Origin: Haematospirillum jordaniae
GTDB lineage: Bacteria > Pseudomonadota > Alphaproteobacteria > Rhodospirillales > Rhodospirillaceae
Assembly (NCBI RefSeq): GCF_001611975.1
Contig: NZ_CP014525.1
Span: forward strand, 1,585,224-1,609,223
Direction of reading: 5' to 3'
Length of the DNA: 24,000 nt
Shown here: one piece after another, positions 6,981 to 16,438 of the stretch
Layout: each line of letters opens with the position of its first letter
How positions within the stretch are numbered: position 1 is the first letter of the stretch
Notes under the pieces: model-generated
Told to the model about the DNA's origin: nothing
Databases searched by the model: none
The model's input: the letters and a program-made list of their open reading frames with translations, nothing else
Position numbers and translations under genes: made by a program

Positions 6981-7037
6981 AATATGTACGATGTTTCTGA
7001 TCGTGCCTTTCTGGCCTTCAGCGTGGATTATGGGTAC

Positions 7038-7640
7038 GTGAGCCGTTGTTCCGAGGACAAGAGCCTGTTGCGTCGTGCTCTGTTGCAGCGGCGCGATGAT
7101 TTTGTAGCGTCCGGAGCAGCCTTGGCTGCTGGATCGGCTTTGACTGGTTCTGTCACGCGCCTTCTCCTTGAGTGCCCTGTTGACCATATTATTGCGGCTT
7201 ATGTCCCCATGAGGGGGGAGCCGGACCCCATTGCCGGTGTCGCTGCTGCGGGTCGGGTCTTGGCGCTGCCGGTTGTATGTGGTCGTGACCAGCCTCTTGT
7301 GTTCCGGCGATGGCGACCCGGGGATCCTCTGGAAGAAGGCCTGTGGGGAACCCGTCATCCCCCGGCGTCTTGTCCGTCTGTTGTTCCTAGTATGGTTCTG
7401 GTTCCGGCTGTCGGGTTTACAGGATCCGGTACGCGTCTTGGGTATGGCGGCGGTTTTTATGACCGGACGCTGCCCGGGCTGTCTGCCCCCGGTTCACGGG
7501 TGCCTGCTTTTGCTGTGGCGTGGGAGTGTCAAAGGGTTGACGCTCTGCCAACCGAACCGCACGACATTGTCCTAGATGGTTGGGTAACGGAGGCAGGCTT
7601 TTGTCGCTTGGATTTGACAGGGCCGTCCGGACTGTCATGA
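7038..7640 (+). CDS. 5-formyltetrahydrofolate cyclo-ligase.
   Basis: KSLLRRALLQRRDD at the N-terminus, then VPAVGFTGSGTRLGYGGGFYDRTL and the EPHDI motif. Track ORF starts at 6768, which would add about 90 aa with no counterpart in the family. GTG 7038 gives 200 aa. Alternative starts are ATG 6984 and GTG 7023. Confidence 0.85.
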   Translation: MSRCSEDKSLLRRALLQRRDDFVASGAALAAGSALTGSVTRLLLECPVDHIIAAYVPMRGEPDPIAGVAAAGRVLALPVVCGRDQPLVFRRWRPGDPLEEGLWGTRHPPASCPSVVPSMVLVPAVGFTGSGTRLGYGGGFYDRTLPGLSAPGSRVPAFAVAWECQRVDALPTEPHDIVLDGWVTEAGFCRLDLTGPSGLS

Positions 7641-7668
7641 GTAGAAGAAACGAGAGAGGTTCCAGCGT

Positions 7669-8499
7669 ATGCGGTTGATGTATCTGGGGGATGTTGTCGG
7701 GCGGGCCGGGCGCGAAAAGGCTTGCCAAGTCATTCCGGATTTACGCAGGAGCCTTGGGCTGGATTTTGTCGCCGTGTGCGCTGAGAATGCTGCTCACGGT
7801 TTTGGTCTGACAGCGGGTATTGCCCAGGACTTTTTTGCCAGTGGTGCTGATGCCCTGACCTTGGGCAACCATGCTTGGGACCAGCGGGAGATGATCGCCT
7901 ATATTGATCGGGAACCTAGGATCCTGCGTCCGATCAATTATCCTGTCGGGACCCCGGGGCGTGGGGCCATGCTTTATACAACGGCAGCGGGGCGCAAGGT
8001 TTTGGTTGTCCAGTGCATGGGACGCCTTTTTATGGATCCGCTGGATGATCCTTTTGCAGCTGTCAATGCAGAGTTGGAGCGGTTTCGTCTTGGGGGCGGT
8101 GTTGATGCCGTGATTGTGGACATTCACGCCGAGGCAACCAGCGAAAAGATGGCTCTTGGGCATTTCTGTGACGGACGTGCTTCCTTGGTTGCGGGGACGC
8201 ATTCCCATATTCCGACCGCTGATGCCCAGATTCTTCCGGGTGGTACAGCCTACATCACGGATCTGGGTATGTGCGGGGATTATGACTCTGTCATCGGTAT
8301 GAAAAAAGACGTGTCTGTGTCTCGCTTTGTGCGCAAGATGCCGACCGACAAGCTTTCCCCCGCGACAGGGGATGCAACTGTGTGTGGCGTTGTCATTCAG
8401 ACAGATGATCGTACGGGCTTGGCTGTGTCTGTGCATCCAATCAGGATCGGTGGGCGGCTGCAGTCAGCCATGCCTGTTTTTGATAGGGAAACACCCTGA
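7669..8499 (+). CDS. YmdB-like metallophosphoesterase (TIGR00282 family).
   Basis: MRLMYLGDVVGRAGRE.., NAAHGFG, GNHAWDQ, DIHAEATSEK, GTHSHIPTAD..TDLGMCG. SD GAGAGAGG lies upstream. Confidence 0.9.
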   Translation: MRLMYLGDVVGRAGREKACQVIPDLRRSLGLDFVAVCAENAAHGFGLTAGIAQDFFASGADALTLGNHAWDQREMIAYIDREPRILRPINYPVGTPGRGAMLYTTAAGRKVLVVQCMGRLFMDPLDDPFAAVNAELERFRLGGGVDAVIVDIHAEATSEKMALGHFCDGRASLVAGTHSHIPTADAQILPGGTAYITDLGMCGDYDSVIGMKKDVSVSRFVRKMPTDKLSPATGDATVCGVVIQTDDRTGLAVSVHPIRIGGRLQSAMPVFDRETP

Positions 8500-8564
8500 A
8501 AACGGTGTTCTGGCCCTTGTCTTTCAGGGGGTAGTCCTGCCATAGTGCGCCGTTCGTGCCAAGA

Positions 8565-8604
8565 GGCAGCGTGACAGCTGCCCGGGCAGAGCCGGGGTTT
8601 TGGC
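8565..8604 (+). terminator. Weak hairpin/terminator candidate after the YmdB-like gene.
   Basis: GGCAGC-GTGACA-GCTGCC (8565-8582) overlaps CCCGG-GCAGAG-CCGGG (8581-8596), followed by GTTTTGG. The stems are short and the U-tract is only 4 nt. Confidence 0.25.
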
Positions 8605-8659
8605 GGGGTCGCCGTACAGATCCCGAGTTTCTGTTTCAGTTCCAGGATATCAAGATACC

Positions 8660-9397
8660 ATGGCCGGTCATTCCAAATTCAAGAACATCATGCACCGCAA
8701 GGGTGCACAGGACGCCAAGCGCGCCAAGCTGTTTACCAAGCTGGCCAAGGAAATTTATGTGGCTGCCAGAACCGGCGGGCCGGAGCCAGAAGGCAATCCG
8801 CGCCTTCGTGCTGCGATTATGGATGCCCGCAAGAACTCCCTGCCCAAGGATAACATAGAACGTGCTCTGAAAAAGGCCCAGTCCGGTGCGGACGGGGAGG
8901 ATTATGAAGAGGTACGCTATGAAGGCATGGGGCCGGGCAATGTTGCTGTTATCGTTGAGGCATTGACAGATAACCGGAACCGTACCGCTTCTGATGTGCG
9001 GGCTGTCTTTTCCAAGCATGGTGGGGCCTTGACCCCGGTGCAGTTCAACTTTGATCGTGTTGGTTACATTGTCTACGCATCGTCGGTGGGATCACCGGAT
9101 GATGTGCTGGAAGCTGCCGTTGAGGCGGGTGCCGACGATGTGGTTTCGTCTGAAGAGGAGCATGAGATCTTCTGTGCCCCTGATAGTCTGGGGGCGGTTC
9201 GTGCTGCCCTTGAGCAGGTTCTGGGAGAGCCGGAAGCCGCCCGACTGGACTGGAAAGCCCTGAATACGGTCTCGTTGGATGAAGACGGTGCACGCAGCTT
9301 GCTGAAGTTTCTGGATATTCTGGAAGATAATGATGATGTGCAGCGGGTTTTCTCCAACGAAGATATTCCCGATGCGGTCATGGCATGTCTTGATTGA
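8660..9397 (+). CDS. yebC: YebC/PmpR family DNA-binding transcriptional regulator.
   Basis: [32 protein letters not shown] is the canonical family N-terminus. The track start at 8600 adds 20 non-conserved residues. Confidence 0.93.
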   Translation: MAGHSKFKNIMHRKGAQDAKRAKLFTKLAKEIYVAARTGGPEPEGNPRLRAAIMDARKNSLPKDNIERALKKAQSGADGEDYEEVRYEGMGPGNVAVIVEALTDNRNRTASDVRAVFSKHGGALTPVQFNFDRVGYIVYASSVGSPDDVLEAAVEAGADDVVSSEEEHEIFCAPDSLGAVRAALEQVLGEPEAARLDWKALNTVSLDEDGARSLLKFLDILEDNDDVQRVFSNEDIPDAVMACLD

Positions 9398-9424
9398 TAC
9401 CATGTGGTACCCGGGGGTGGTGCG

Positions 9425-9940
9425 ATGACAATCCGGATATTGGGCCTTGATCCCGGGCTGCGTCACACCGGTTGGGGTGTGATCGAAGTTGCCGGGAACC
9501 GTATGCGTGTGCTTGCTGATGGCACGGTTCATACCGATGCCTCCCGGTCGCTTGCCGAACGCCTTGCCTGCCTTTTTGAAGGGCTGTCGGATGTTGTCGA
9601 TCAGTGGACCCCGGATGAGGCTGCTGTGGAAGAGACCTTTGTTAACCGGAATCCTCATTCAACCCTGAAACTGGGGCAAGCGCGCGGGGTATCCCTTCTT
9701 GTTCCGGCGCGTCGGGGTATTCCCGTGGCGGAATACCAGCCGTCCCAGGTCAAAAAGGCTGTTGTGGGGACAGGCGCTGCCGGAAAGGAACAGGTGCAGA
9801 TGATGGTGCGGACGCTGTTGCCCGGTTGTACCATCAGTACAGCAGATGCGGCTGATGCGCTGGCTGTTGCTGTGTGTCATGCTCACTTCCGGTCCTCGTC
9901 GATGGCATTGGCGGCTCTGGCAGGGGGAAAGCGCGGATGA
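9425..9940 (+). CDS. ruvC: Holliday junction resolvase RuvC.
   Basis: [19 protein letters not shown].., [32 protein letters not shown]. The stop overlaps the ruvA start (ATGA at 9937-9940). Confidence 0.94.
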   Translation: MTIRILGLDPGLRHTGWGVIEVAGNRMRVLADGTVHTDASRSLAERLACLFEGLSDVVDQWTPDEAAVEETFVNRNPHSTLKLGQARGVSLLVPARRGIPVAEYQPSQVKKAVVGTGAAGKEQVQMMVRTLLPGCTISTADAADALAVAVCHAHFRSSSMALAALAGGKRG

Positions 9941-10584
9941 TTGCAAAGCTGCGGGGTGTGGTTGACAGCACCGGTGATGACTGGGTTGTTGTTGATGTGG
10001 GTGGTGTTGGCTATCTTGTCTTTGCTTCCACCCGTACCTTGTCACGTGTTTCAGTGGGGGAAGCAGCTGCCCTGATCGTGGAAACCCATGTCCGGGAAGA
10101 TCATATCCACCTGTACGGCTTTTCAGCCGAAGCGGAGCGCGCTTTCTTTCGTCTTCTTCTGACGGTTCAAGGTGTCGGTGCCAAGGTTGCCTTGGCGATC
10201 CTGTCCGTTGGATCACCTGATGATATCGCACGGGCAATTGCGGCGGCGGATCGGGGGATGTTAACCCGTGCCACGGGGGTGGGGCCCAAGCTGGCAGGCC
10301 GTATTGTTGCAGAGCTTAAGGACAAGGTTGTGGCCTTTCCTGTCCATACTGGCGGGGCTGGTGCGGAGGGCGTGTCCCGGATTGGTCCTGTGTCTGTGTC
10401 TCCTGTTGCCGGCGCTTGTGACGTGTCTGGCGATGCGGTATCGGCTCTGGTCAATCTGGGTTATGGTCGTGCCGATGCGTTTGCTGCTGTTGCTGTCAGT
10501 GCCCGTGACCTGGGTGAGAATGCGACCGTACAGGGGCTGTTGTCGGCCTCGCTGCGTTATCTGGGCCGGGGGCTTCAGGCATGA
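9937..10584 (+). CDS. ruvA: Holliday junction branch migration complex subunit RuvA.
   Basis: [28 protein letters not shown].., [39 protein letters not shown]. The track start at 9874 lies inside ruvC. Confidence 0.94.
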   Translation: MIAKLRGVVDSTGDDWVVVDVGGVGYLVFASTRTLSRVSVGEAAALIVETHVREDHIHLYGFSAEAERAFFRLLLTVQGVGAKVALAILSVGSPDDIARAIAAADRGMLTRATGVGPKLAGRIVAELKDKVVAFPVHTGGAGAEGVSRIGPVSVSPVAGACDVSGDAVSALVNLGYGRADAFAAVAVSARDLGENATVQGLLSASLRYLGRGLQA

Positions 10585-11645
10585 AAGGCAATGCGGAGGA
10601 TCCGCGCCTGATTTCCGGTGCCTTGCAGGAGGGGGATGGAGAACTCCACATTCGTCCCCAGACCTTGGGTGAGTTTATCGGTCAGCGCTTGGCGTGCGAA
10701 AATCTCTCGGTCTTTGTCAAAGCAGCCCGCGCGCGCGGCGATGCCTTGGATCATGTGTTGCTGCATGGCCCGCCAGGGCTGGGTAAAACAACGCTGGCCC
10801 AGATTGTATCCCGCGAACTGGGGGTTGGTTTCCGGGCCACGTCTGGCCCGATGATTGCCCGTGCCGGTGATCTCGCGGCCTTGTTGACCAACCTTGAAAA
10901 GAATGATGTTCTTTTTATTGATGAAATTCACCGCCTCAATCCGGCCATAGAAGAAGTTCTGTATTCTGCTATGGAGGATTTTCAGCTTGACCTGATTATT
11001 GGCGAGGGGCCTTCGGCGCGCAGTGTGCGGATTGATCTTCAGCCATTTACCCTTGTCGGGGCAACGACCCGTTCCGGTCTTCTGACGACGCCTCTCAGGG
11101 ATCGTTTCGGGATACCTGTCCGCCTGAACTTTTATGAACCGGAGGAACTGGTGGCGATTGTGCGCCGTGGTGCCGGCATTCTGGGGCTGGATCTGACAGA
11201 GGATGGTGCGATGGAGGTCGCATGCCGTTCACGTGGCACTCCGCGTGTGGCTGGGCGCCTGCTGCGTCGTGTCCGGGATTTTGCCATGGTATCGGGGCGC
11301 ACACCTGTTAATGCCTTTGTTGCCGATGCCGCTTTGGCCCGCTTGGAGGTTGACAAGAAGGGGCTTGATGCCATGGACCTGCGCTATCTGACCTGTGTTG
11401 CCCGCAATTACGGGGGTGGTCCTGTTGGGGTGGAAACCCTTGCTGCGGCGATGTCTGAGGAGCGGGATACCCTGGAAGAAGTGATCGAGCCATTCCTTTT
11501 GCAGCAAGGCCTGATACAGCGTACTCCACGGGGTCGCATTCTTTCGGAAGCCGGGTATGCCCACTTGGGCCTGCCTGCCCCTGTGCGGGACTATCAGCAG
11601 CTGGATCTTCTGGCCAGTTCATTCCCCGGAGGTGGCGAGGGATGA
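10581..11645 (+). CDS. ruvB: Holliday junction branch migration DNA helicase RuvB.
   Basis: Walker [59 protein letters not shown] overlaps at both ends. Confidence 0.97.
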   Translation: MKGNAEDPRLISGALQEGDGELHIRPQTLGEFIGQRLACENLSVFVKAARARGDALDHVLLHGPPGLGKTTLAQIVSRELGVGFRATSGPMIARAGDLAALLTNLEKNDVLFIDEIHRLNPAIEEVLYSAMEDFQLDLIIGEGPSARSVRIDLQPFTLVGATTRSGLLTTPLRDRFGIPVRLNFYEPEELVAIVRRGAGILGLDLTEDGAMEVACRSRGTPRVAGRLLRRVRDFAMVSGRTPVNAFVADAALARLEVDKKGLDAMDLRYLTCVARNYGGGPVGVETLAAAMSEERDTLEEVIEPFLLQQGLIQRTPRGRILSEAGYAHLGLPAPVRDYQQLDLLASSFPGGGEG

Positions 11646-12100
11646 GTGATTCCGGTTTCCATGTTCTGCCGGTGCGTATCTATTATGAAGACACGGATGC
11701 TGGCGGTGTTGTCTATTACGCAAATTATTTGAAATTTGCCGAGCGCGCCCGCACGGAGATGATTCGTGCGCTTGGCATCGAACAGGAAAGATTGCGGCAG
11801 CAGCAGGATATTATGTTTGTTGTTCGGTCGTGCTCGGTTGAGTTCATGCGTCCGGCCCGATTGGATGACCTGCTGCATGTAGAGACCCGGGTGTGCCGTA
11901 TATCCGGCGCACGCGTTGATATGGAGCAGGCTATCCGCCGCGTGTCGGATCCGTCTGGATTGACGGATGATGCGCTTCTCGTCACCCTTTCTGTGCGCCT
12001 TGCGTGTTTGAACGGATCTGGTCGCCCGGTTCGTTTGCCTACACGTGTGCATGGAGCCTTTGTTGGCAGCATGGATTCGTCTGTGTCTGCCTTTCCTTAG
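11642..12100 (+). CDS. ybgC: Tol-Pal-associated acyl-CoA thioesterase YbgC (4HBT family).
   Basis: [32 protein letters not shown] hotdog-fold signature. It lies directly upstream of tolQ. Confidence 0.9.
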   Translation: MSDSGFHVLPVRIYYEDTDAGGVVYYANYLKFAERARTEMIRALGIEQERLRQQQDIMFVVRSCSVEFMRPARLDDLLHVETRVCRISGARVDMEQAIRRVSDPSGLTDDALLVTLSVRLACLNGSGRPVRLPTRVHGAFVGSMDSSVSAFP

Positions 12101-12127
12101 ACACTTTAACCTTGGTTCGGAACGATC

Positions 12128-12847
12128 ATGGACCCCACTGTCCTGCCTCAAGCCGCTGTGGCCGCTGCCGATCTCTCTCCTCTTGGCCTGTTCTGGCAAG
12201 CTGATCTTGTCGTCAAGGCGGTCATGCTGGGGCTTGTCCTGGCTTCGATCTGGAGCTGGGCCATCATTTTCGACAAAGCCCTGAAGCTGCGTTATCTCAA
12301 TGCCAAGGTGGACAAATTTGAGGAGAAGTTCTGGTCCGGTGGATCGCTGGAAGAGCTGTACGAGCGTCTCAGCAACCGTCCTGCCGATCCCATGTCTGCT
12401 GTTTTCGTTGCGGCGATGAGGGAGTGGCGCCGTTCATCGGGTCGCCCGGGAACCGGGGATACAGGTATTCGTGCTCACTTTGCCCAAAGGGTGGAGCGTG
12501 TGATGCACATAACCGTTGCCCGTGAGATGGAAGGGCTGGAGAAGCGCATTGGTTTCCTCGCTTCGACCGGGTCGGTGGCGCCCTTTGTTGGCTTGTTTGG
12601 AACGGTGTGGGGTATCATGCACGCGTTCCATTCCATCGGTGTCAGCAAGGATACCAGCTTGGCAACCGTTGCACCTGGTATCGCGGAGGCTCTTTTCGCT
12701 ACAGCGATTGGGCTGGTGGCGGCTATTCCGGCCTTGGTTGCCTATAACAAGATTTCGTCGGATCTCGATCGTTTTGCCCAGCGGCTGGACAATTTTTCCG
12801 GTGAATTCGGGGCGATTTTATCCCGTCAGCTTGACGAGCGCGGCTGA
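12128..12847 (+). CDS. tolQ: Tol-Pal system protein TolQ.
   Basis: 239 aa. VGLFGTVWGIMHAF and PGIAEALFATAIGLVAAIPALVAYN motifs. Three predicted TM segments. Confidence 0.96.
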   Translation: MDPTVLPQAAVAAADLSPLGLFWQADLVVKAVMLGLVLASIWSWAIIFDKALKLRYLNAKVDKFEEKFWSGGSLEELYERLSNRPADPMSAVFVAAMREWRRSSGRPGTGDTGIRAHFAQRVERVMHITVAREMEGLEKRIGFLASTGSVAPFVGLFGTVWGIMHAFHSIGVSKDTSLATVAPGIAEALFATAIGLVAAIPALVAYNKISSDLDRFAQRLDNFSGEFGAILSRQLDERG

Positions 12848-12865
12848 TAGCAGGAGTACCATCTT

Positions 12866-13324
12866 ATGGGCATGACGGTGCAATCTTCAGGTGCTCGTGG
12901 GGGCGGGTTTCGTCGCCGTCGTCGTCCTGTTGCTGAGATCAACATGACGCCGATGATTGATGTGATGCTTGTCCTGCTTGTTATCTTTATGGTGACGGCG
13001 CCGTTGTTGACAACCGGTGTCAGCGTTGATCTGCCCCGGGCCAAGGCTCCCCAGATTTCCGAACCGGACAACAAGGCCCTGACCGTTTCTGTTGCGGCAG
13101 ATGGTCAGGTGTATCTTAACCAGACCCCGATTTCCTTGGAGCTGTTGCCGGCTAGGGTTCGGGCTATTGCCGGTGTTAATCCGGATGTACGGATCTATGT
13201 TCGTGCCGATGGGCAACTTCAGTATGGCGTTGTGATGCATATTCTGGGCAGCCTGCATGCTGCTGGTTTTTCCAAGGCTGCCCTGGTTACGCAGACGCCC
13301 GCTGCCTCTGCGGTTAAACGTTAG
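12866..13324 (+). CDS. tolR: Tol-Pal system protein TolR (ExbD/TolR family).
   Basis: EINMTPMIDVMLVLLVIFMVTAPL contains the conserved TM Asp. AGGAG lies 8 nt upstream of ATG 12866. Confidence 0.94.
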   Translation: MGMTVQSSGARGGGFRRRRRPVAEINMTPMIDVMLVLLVIFMVTAPLLTTGVSVDLPRAKAPQISEPDNKALTVSVAADGQVYLNQTPISLELLPARVRAIAGVNPDVRIYVRADGQLQYGVVMHILGSLHAAGFSKAALVTQTPAASAVKR

Positions 13325-13339
13325 TTTGGATGGCGCAGT

Positions 13340-14227
13340 GTGCACATGAAACGTCGCGGTATGTGCAACGGGTTGGTTGTTTCTGTCACGCTGCATGCTG
13401 TGGTGCTGTTGCTGGCTGTGTTTGGCTTTCCTTCTCTGTTCGATGAGCCGGAGCCAATTGAGACGGCCATGATTGTGGATCTCGTCGAGATTGCTGAGCG
13501 TACGGCGGCACCTCCCCCTGTCAAGAAGGTTGAGGAGCCAAAGGAGGAACCGAAGCCGGAACCAAAGCAGGATGATCAGCCCAAGCCGCAGATGCGTGCC
13601 GATGCTGCTGTCCCTCAGCCAAAACAGGCACCGGAGCCAGAGCCGAAGAAAGCAGAGCCAAAACCGGTTGAGCCCCCTAAGCCTGATCCTGAAAAAGTAG
13701 AGCCCAAAAAACCGGAACCCAAGAAGCCGGAGCCAAAGAAACCCGAACCAAAAAAACAGGACACACAGAAGGCCAAGCCCAAGGATGATGATCCGTTCAA
13801 GGATCTGATGAAGAATGTTGAGAAATTTCGCGAGAAGTCAGAGCCTGCCACACCGGAAAAGAAGTCAACCCCACAGCAACCTTCCAATCAGCCAAGAGTT
13901 CTGAATGCCCCTCTTGCCGATCGGGCCACGATGACGGAGCTGGATGCCATAAGAGCGCAGATTGAACGGAACTGGGCTGTTGATACCGGTGCCAAGGGGG
14001 TGGAAAGTATGGTGATCCCTCTCAAGGTTCGCATTACACCGGAAGGCATGGTGACCAGTGTCGATGTTCTTGATACACAGCGTTATGGCAGTGATTCATC
14101 GTATCGGGCTGTTGCGGAATCAGCGCGGCGGGCTGTGTACCGGTCGCAGCCAATCCGCTATCCTTTGCAAAAGTATGAGACGTTCAAGTCCATGGAGCTT
14201 GTCTTCAGCCCTCAGTCCCGGATGTAA
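13340..14227 (+). CDS. tolA: Tol-Pal system protein TolA.
   Basis: N-terminal TM ([18 protein letters not shown]), a long Pro/Lys/Glu-rich domain II, and a C-terminal TonB/TolA-like domain ([16 protein letters not shown]). The start is GTG 13340 or ATG 13346. Confidence 0.9.
   Translation: MHMKRRGMCNGLVVSVTLHAVVLLLAVFGFPSLFDEPEPIETAMIVDLVEIAERTAAPPPVKKVEEPKEEPKPEPKQDDQPKPQMRADAAVPQPKQAPEPEPKKAEPKPVEPPKPDPEKVEPKKPEPKKPEPKKPEPKKQDTQKAKPKDDDPFKDLMKNVEKFREKSEPATPEKKSTPQQPSNQPRVLNAPLADRATMTELDAIRAQIERNWAVDTGAKGVESMVIPLKVRITPEGMVTSVDVLDTQRYGSDSSYRAVAESARRAVYRSQPIRYPLQKYETFKSMELVFSPQSRM
13700..13759 (+). repeat. In-frame 15-bp tandem repeat (4 units) encoding (E)PKKP pentapeptides within tolA.
   Basis: GAGCCCAAAAAACCG / GAACCCAAGAAGCCG / GAGCCAAAGAAACCC / GAACCAAAAAAACAG encodes [20 protein letters not shown]. 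The units differ only at synonymous positions, except the last codon (CAG, Gln). Confidence 0.85.
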
Positions 14228-14270
14228 CCGGAACAGCGGGTGTGATCTTTCCGGAAGGAACCAGGAAGCG

Positions 14271-15575
14271 ATGATAAAGTGTGGTGTTCTTGTCTTTGTG
14301 ATCGCGCTTGGCCTTGGCATCGGTACCCCGTCACGGGCAGAGGTGCGCATTGACATTACCCGTGGCCGGGTTGAGCCAACGCCTGTTGCCGTTCCTGATT
14401 TTGTGGCCTCGGACTCAAACCGTTCGGTTGGCGCAGATGTTGCGTCGGTGGTTTCAGCCGATCTGGAGCGTTCAGGACTTTTCCTGCCGTTGGATCGGTC
14501 CGCATTCATTCAGCAGTTTTCAGGTCTAGATGAGCCACCGCACTTTGCCGACTGGCGCACGATCAATGCCCAGGTTCTGGTGCAGGGAGCCGTAGAGTCA
14601 CACGGATCAGGCACGGTGCGGATTGCCTTCCGTCTCTGGGATATCTTCACCGGGCAGCAGGTTCTGGGTAAATCGTTTACAGCGGCCCCGGATAACTGGC
14701 GCCGTGTTGCGCATATGATTTCTGACGAGATCTACAAGCGATTGACCGGTGAAGACGGTTATTTTGATACCCGTATTGTCTATGTCGCAGAAAGTGGGCC
14801 GGTAACACGCAGGGTCAAACGCTTGGCGATCATGGATCAGGATGGTGCCAATCACCAGTATCTGACGGATGGCTCCTCTATGGTGCTGACTCCGCGCTTT
14901 TCCCCGACTGCGCAGGAAATTACCTATATGAGCTTCTATGGCGACAGCCCTAGGGTCTATTTGTACAACATCGACTCTGGCAGGCAGGAGCTTCTGGGTG
15001 ATTTTCCAGGCATGACATTCGCACCGCGCTTTTCACCTGACGGAAACAAAGTTGTCCTGTCTATGGCGAAAGATGGTAATACCGACATCTTCGAAATGGA
15101 TTTACGAACCCGGCGCCGTATTCAACTGACGAATGCGTCTGCGATTGATACGTCGCCTTCTTATTCGCCTGATGGTCACCGTATTGTTTTCAACTCGGAT
15201 CGTGGCGGTACCCAGCAGCTTTACGTGATGGACTCCGATGGAAGCGGTGTTCGCCGCATCAGCTTTGGCGAGGGACGTTATGCCACTCCGGTCTGGTCCC
15301 CGCGGGGAGATCTGGTTGCTTTTACAAAGATGAAGGGCGGTGAATTCTACATTGGCGTCATGAAGCCGGATGGAAGTGGTGAACGCATGCTGTCATCAGG
15401 TTTCCTGATGGAAAGCCCGACATGGGCGCCAAATGGTCGTGTTCTGATGTATTACAGAAGCGAGAAGAGCGGAAATCCCCAACTTTACTCAATTGATCTC
15501 ACAGGTTACAACGAGCGACGTGTTATCACACCCCAGGCTGCGTCAGATCCGGCGTGGTCACCGCTTTTGCCGTAA
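14271..15575 (+). CDS. tolB: Tol-Pal system beta-propeller protein TolB.
   Basis: [23 protein letters not shown] signal peptide, repeated PRFSPDG/PSYSPDG/PVWSPRG/PTWAPNG blades. AGGAAG SD before ATG 14271. The track start at 14058 lies inside tolA. Confidence 0.95.
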   Translation: MIKCGVLVFVIALGLGIGTPSRAEVRIDITRGRVEPTPVAVPDFVASDSNRSVGADVASVVSADLERSGLFLPLDRSAFIQQFSGLDEPPHFADWRTINAQVLVQGAVESHGSGTVRIAFRLWDIFTGQQVLGKSFTAAPDNWRRVAHMISDEIYKRLTGEDGYFDTRIVYVAESGPVTRRVKRLAIMDQDGANHQYLTDGSSMVLTPRFSPTAQEITYMSFYGDSPRVYLYNIDSGRQELLGDFPGMTFAPRFSPDGNKVVLSMAKDGNTDIFEMDLRTRRRIQLTNASAIDTSPSYSPDGHRIVFNSDRGGTQQLYVMDSDGSGVRRISFGEGRYATPVWSPRGDLVAFTKMKGGEFYIGVMKPDGSGERMLSSGFLMESPTWAPNGRVLMYYRSEKSGNPQLYSIDLTGYNERRVITPQAASDPAWSPLLP

Positions 15576-15740
15576 TCGTGACATGGCATTGCATCAAACG
15601 GACTGTACGGAGTTGAGAAAAACCAGTATAAGGCCGTCTTGGGGTCCGTTTTCGGGCCTGCCTGCTCTGTGCGCAATATCCTTGTGGTCTTGCGGCCCGG
15701 AGCTTCCTTAACCCCATTACGTGAGCTGAGGGGAAAAACA

Positions 15741-16205
15741 ATGAAGTTCCGCCTGTTGCCCGTTCTCGCCGCCGTAGCCCTTTTGTCCGCATGCGGTACC
15801 GCCTCTGATGAGTCGGCCAGCGGCTCCATGGGCAAAGCCGCTCCTGCTCCTGGTTCGGTTGAAGAGTTCATGACCGTTGTGGGCGATCGTGTTCACTTTG
15901 GTTTTGACAAGTACACCCTGACCCCGGAAGCACAGGCTACACTGCGTAACCAAGCCGCTTGGCTGAAGCGCTACTCCAGCACGACCCTGATGATTGAAGG
16001 GCATGCTGACGAGCGCGGTACGCGTGAGTATAACCTTGGTCTGGGTGAGCGTCGTGCGAACTCCGTCAAGAAGTTCCTGATTGCTCAGGGTGTGAGTGCA
16101 AATCGCCTGAAAGTGACCTCCTATGGTAAGGAGCGTCCGGAATGCGGTGATGCAACTGAAGCCTGCTATACCAAGAACCGTCGCGGTGTTTCTGTTCTGC
16201 ACTAA
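15741..16205 (+). CDS. pal: Peptidoglycan-associated lipoprotein Pal.
   Basis: MKFRLLPVLAAVALLSAC lipobox, then the OmpA_C core (FGFDKYTLTPEAQATLRNQAAWLK..IEGHADERGTREYNLGLGERRANSVKKFL). The track start at 15639 is upstream of the signal peptide. Confidence 0.96.
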   Translation: MKFRLLPVLAAVALLSACGTASDESASGSMGKAAPAPGSVEEFMTVVGDRVHFGFDKYTLTPEAQATLRNQAAWLKRYSSTTLMIEGHADERGTREYNLGLGERRANSVKKFLIAQGVSANRLKVTSYGKERPECGDATEACYTKNRRGVSVLH

Positions 16206-16274
16206 TCAGCTGCATTAGACTCCGCTGCGCTTGTGTGGCGTGCGGTGTCGATACGGCAACACGTGTGTTAGAAA

Positions 16275-16335
16275 GCGCCCGTCAGCTGTTGGCTGCTTAT
16301 GTAGCTGGTGGCTGCGGGTGCTTTTTATTTTCTGT
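16275..16335 (+). terminator. Rho-independent terminator after pal.
   Basis: GCGCCCGTCAGC (16275-16286) pairs with GCTGCGGGTGC (16311-16321): 11 bp with one bulge and one G-U. It is followed by TTTTTATTTTCT. Confidence 0.65.
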
Positions 16336-16438
16336 GCCATATGAGTTGCCGTTTTTTGTTGGCTTTCTGTAGACGTGTAGGATGTTATCGTGTGTCTTGG
16401 ACACGGTGTTCTGGTCTACAGAAATTCAGGAATGTTGT

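Noticed and set aside
6768-7037. Long N-terminal extension of the 5-formyl-THF cyclo-ligase (290-aa ORF).
   Set aside because: The family is about 180-200 aa and the conserved region starts near KSLLRRALLQRR. The extra 90 aa (LWLWLQYHGSHF..) look non-protein-like and coincide with the 6S RNA candidate.
14058-14270. tolB start at 14058 (505-aa ORF), and likewise pal at 15639, glmM at 21683, yebC at 8600, ruvC at 9404 and ruvA at 9874.
   Set aside because: Each extension overlaps the preceding gene or precedes the signal peptide or canonical N-terminus. Internal ATGs with SD sequences give family-typical proteins.
15576-15740. Hairpin AGGCCG..CGGGCCT (about 15631-15659) in the tolB-pal spacer as a terminator.
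   Set aside because: Imperfect stem, a loop of about 16 nt and no U-tract. pal needs read-through or its own promoter here.
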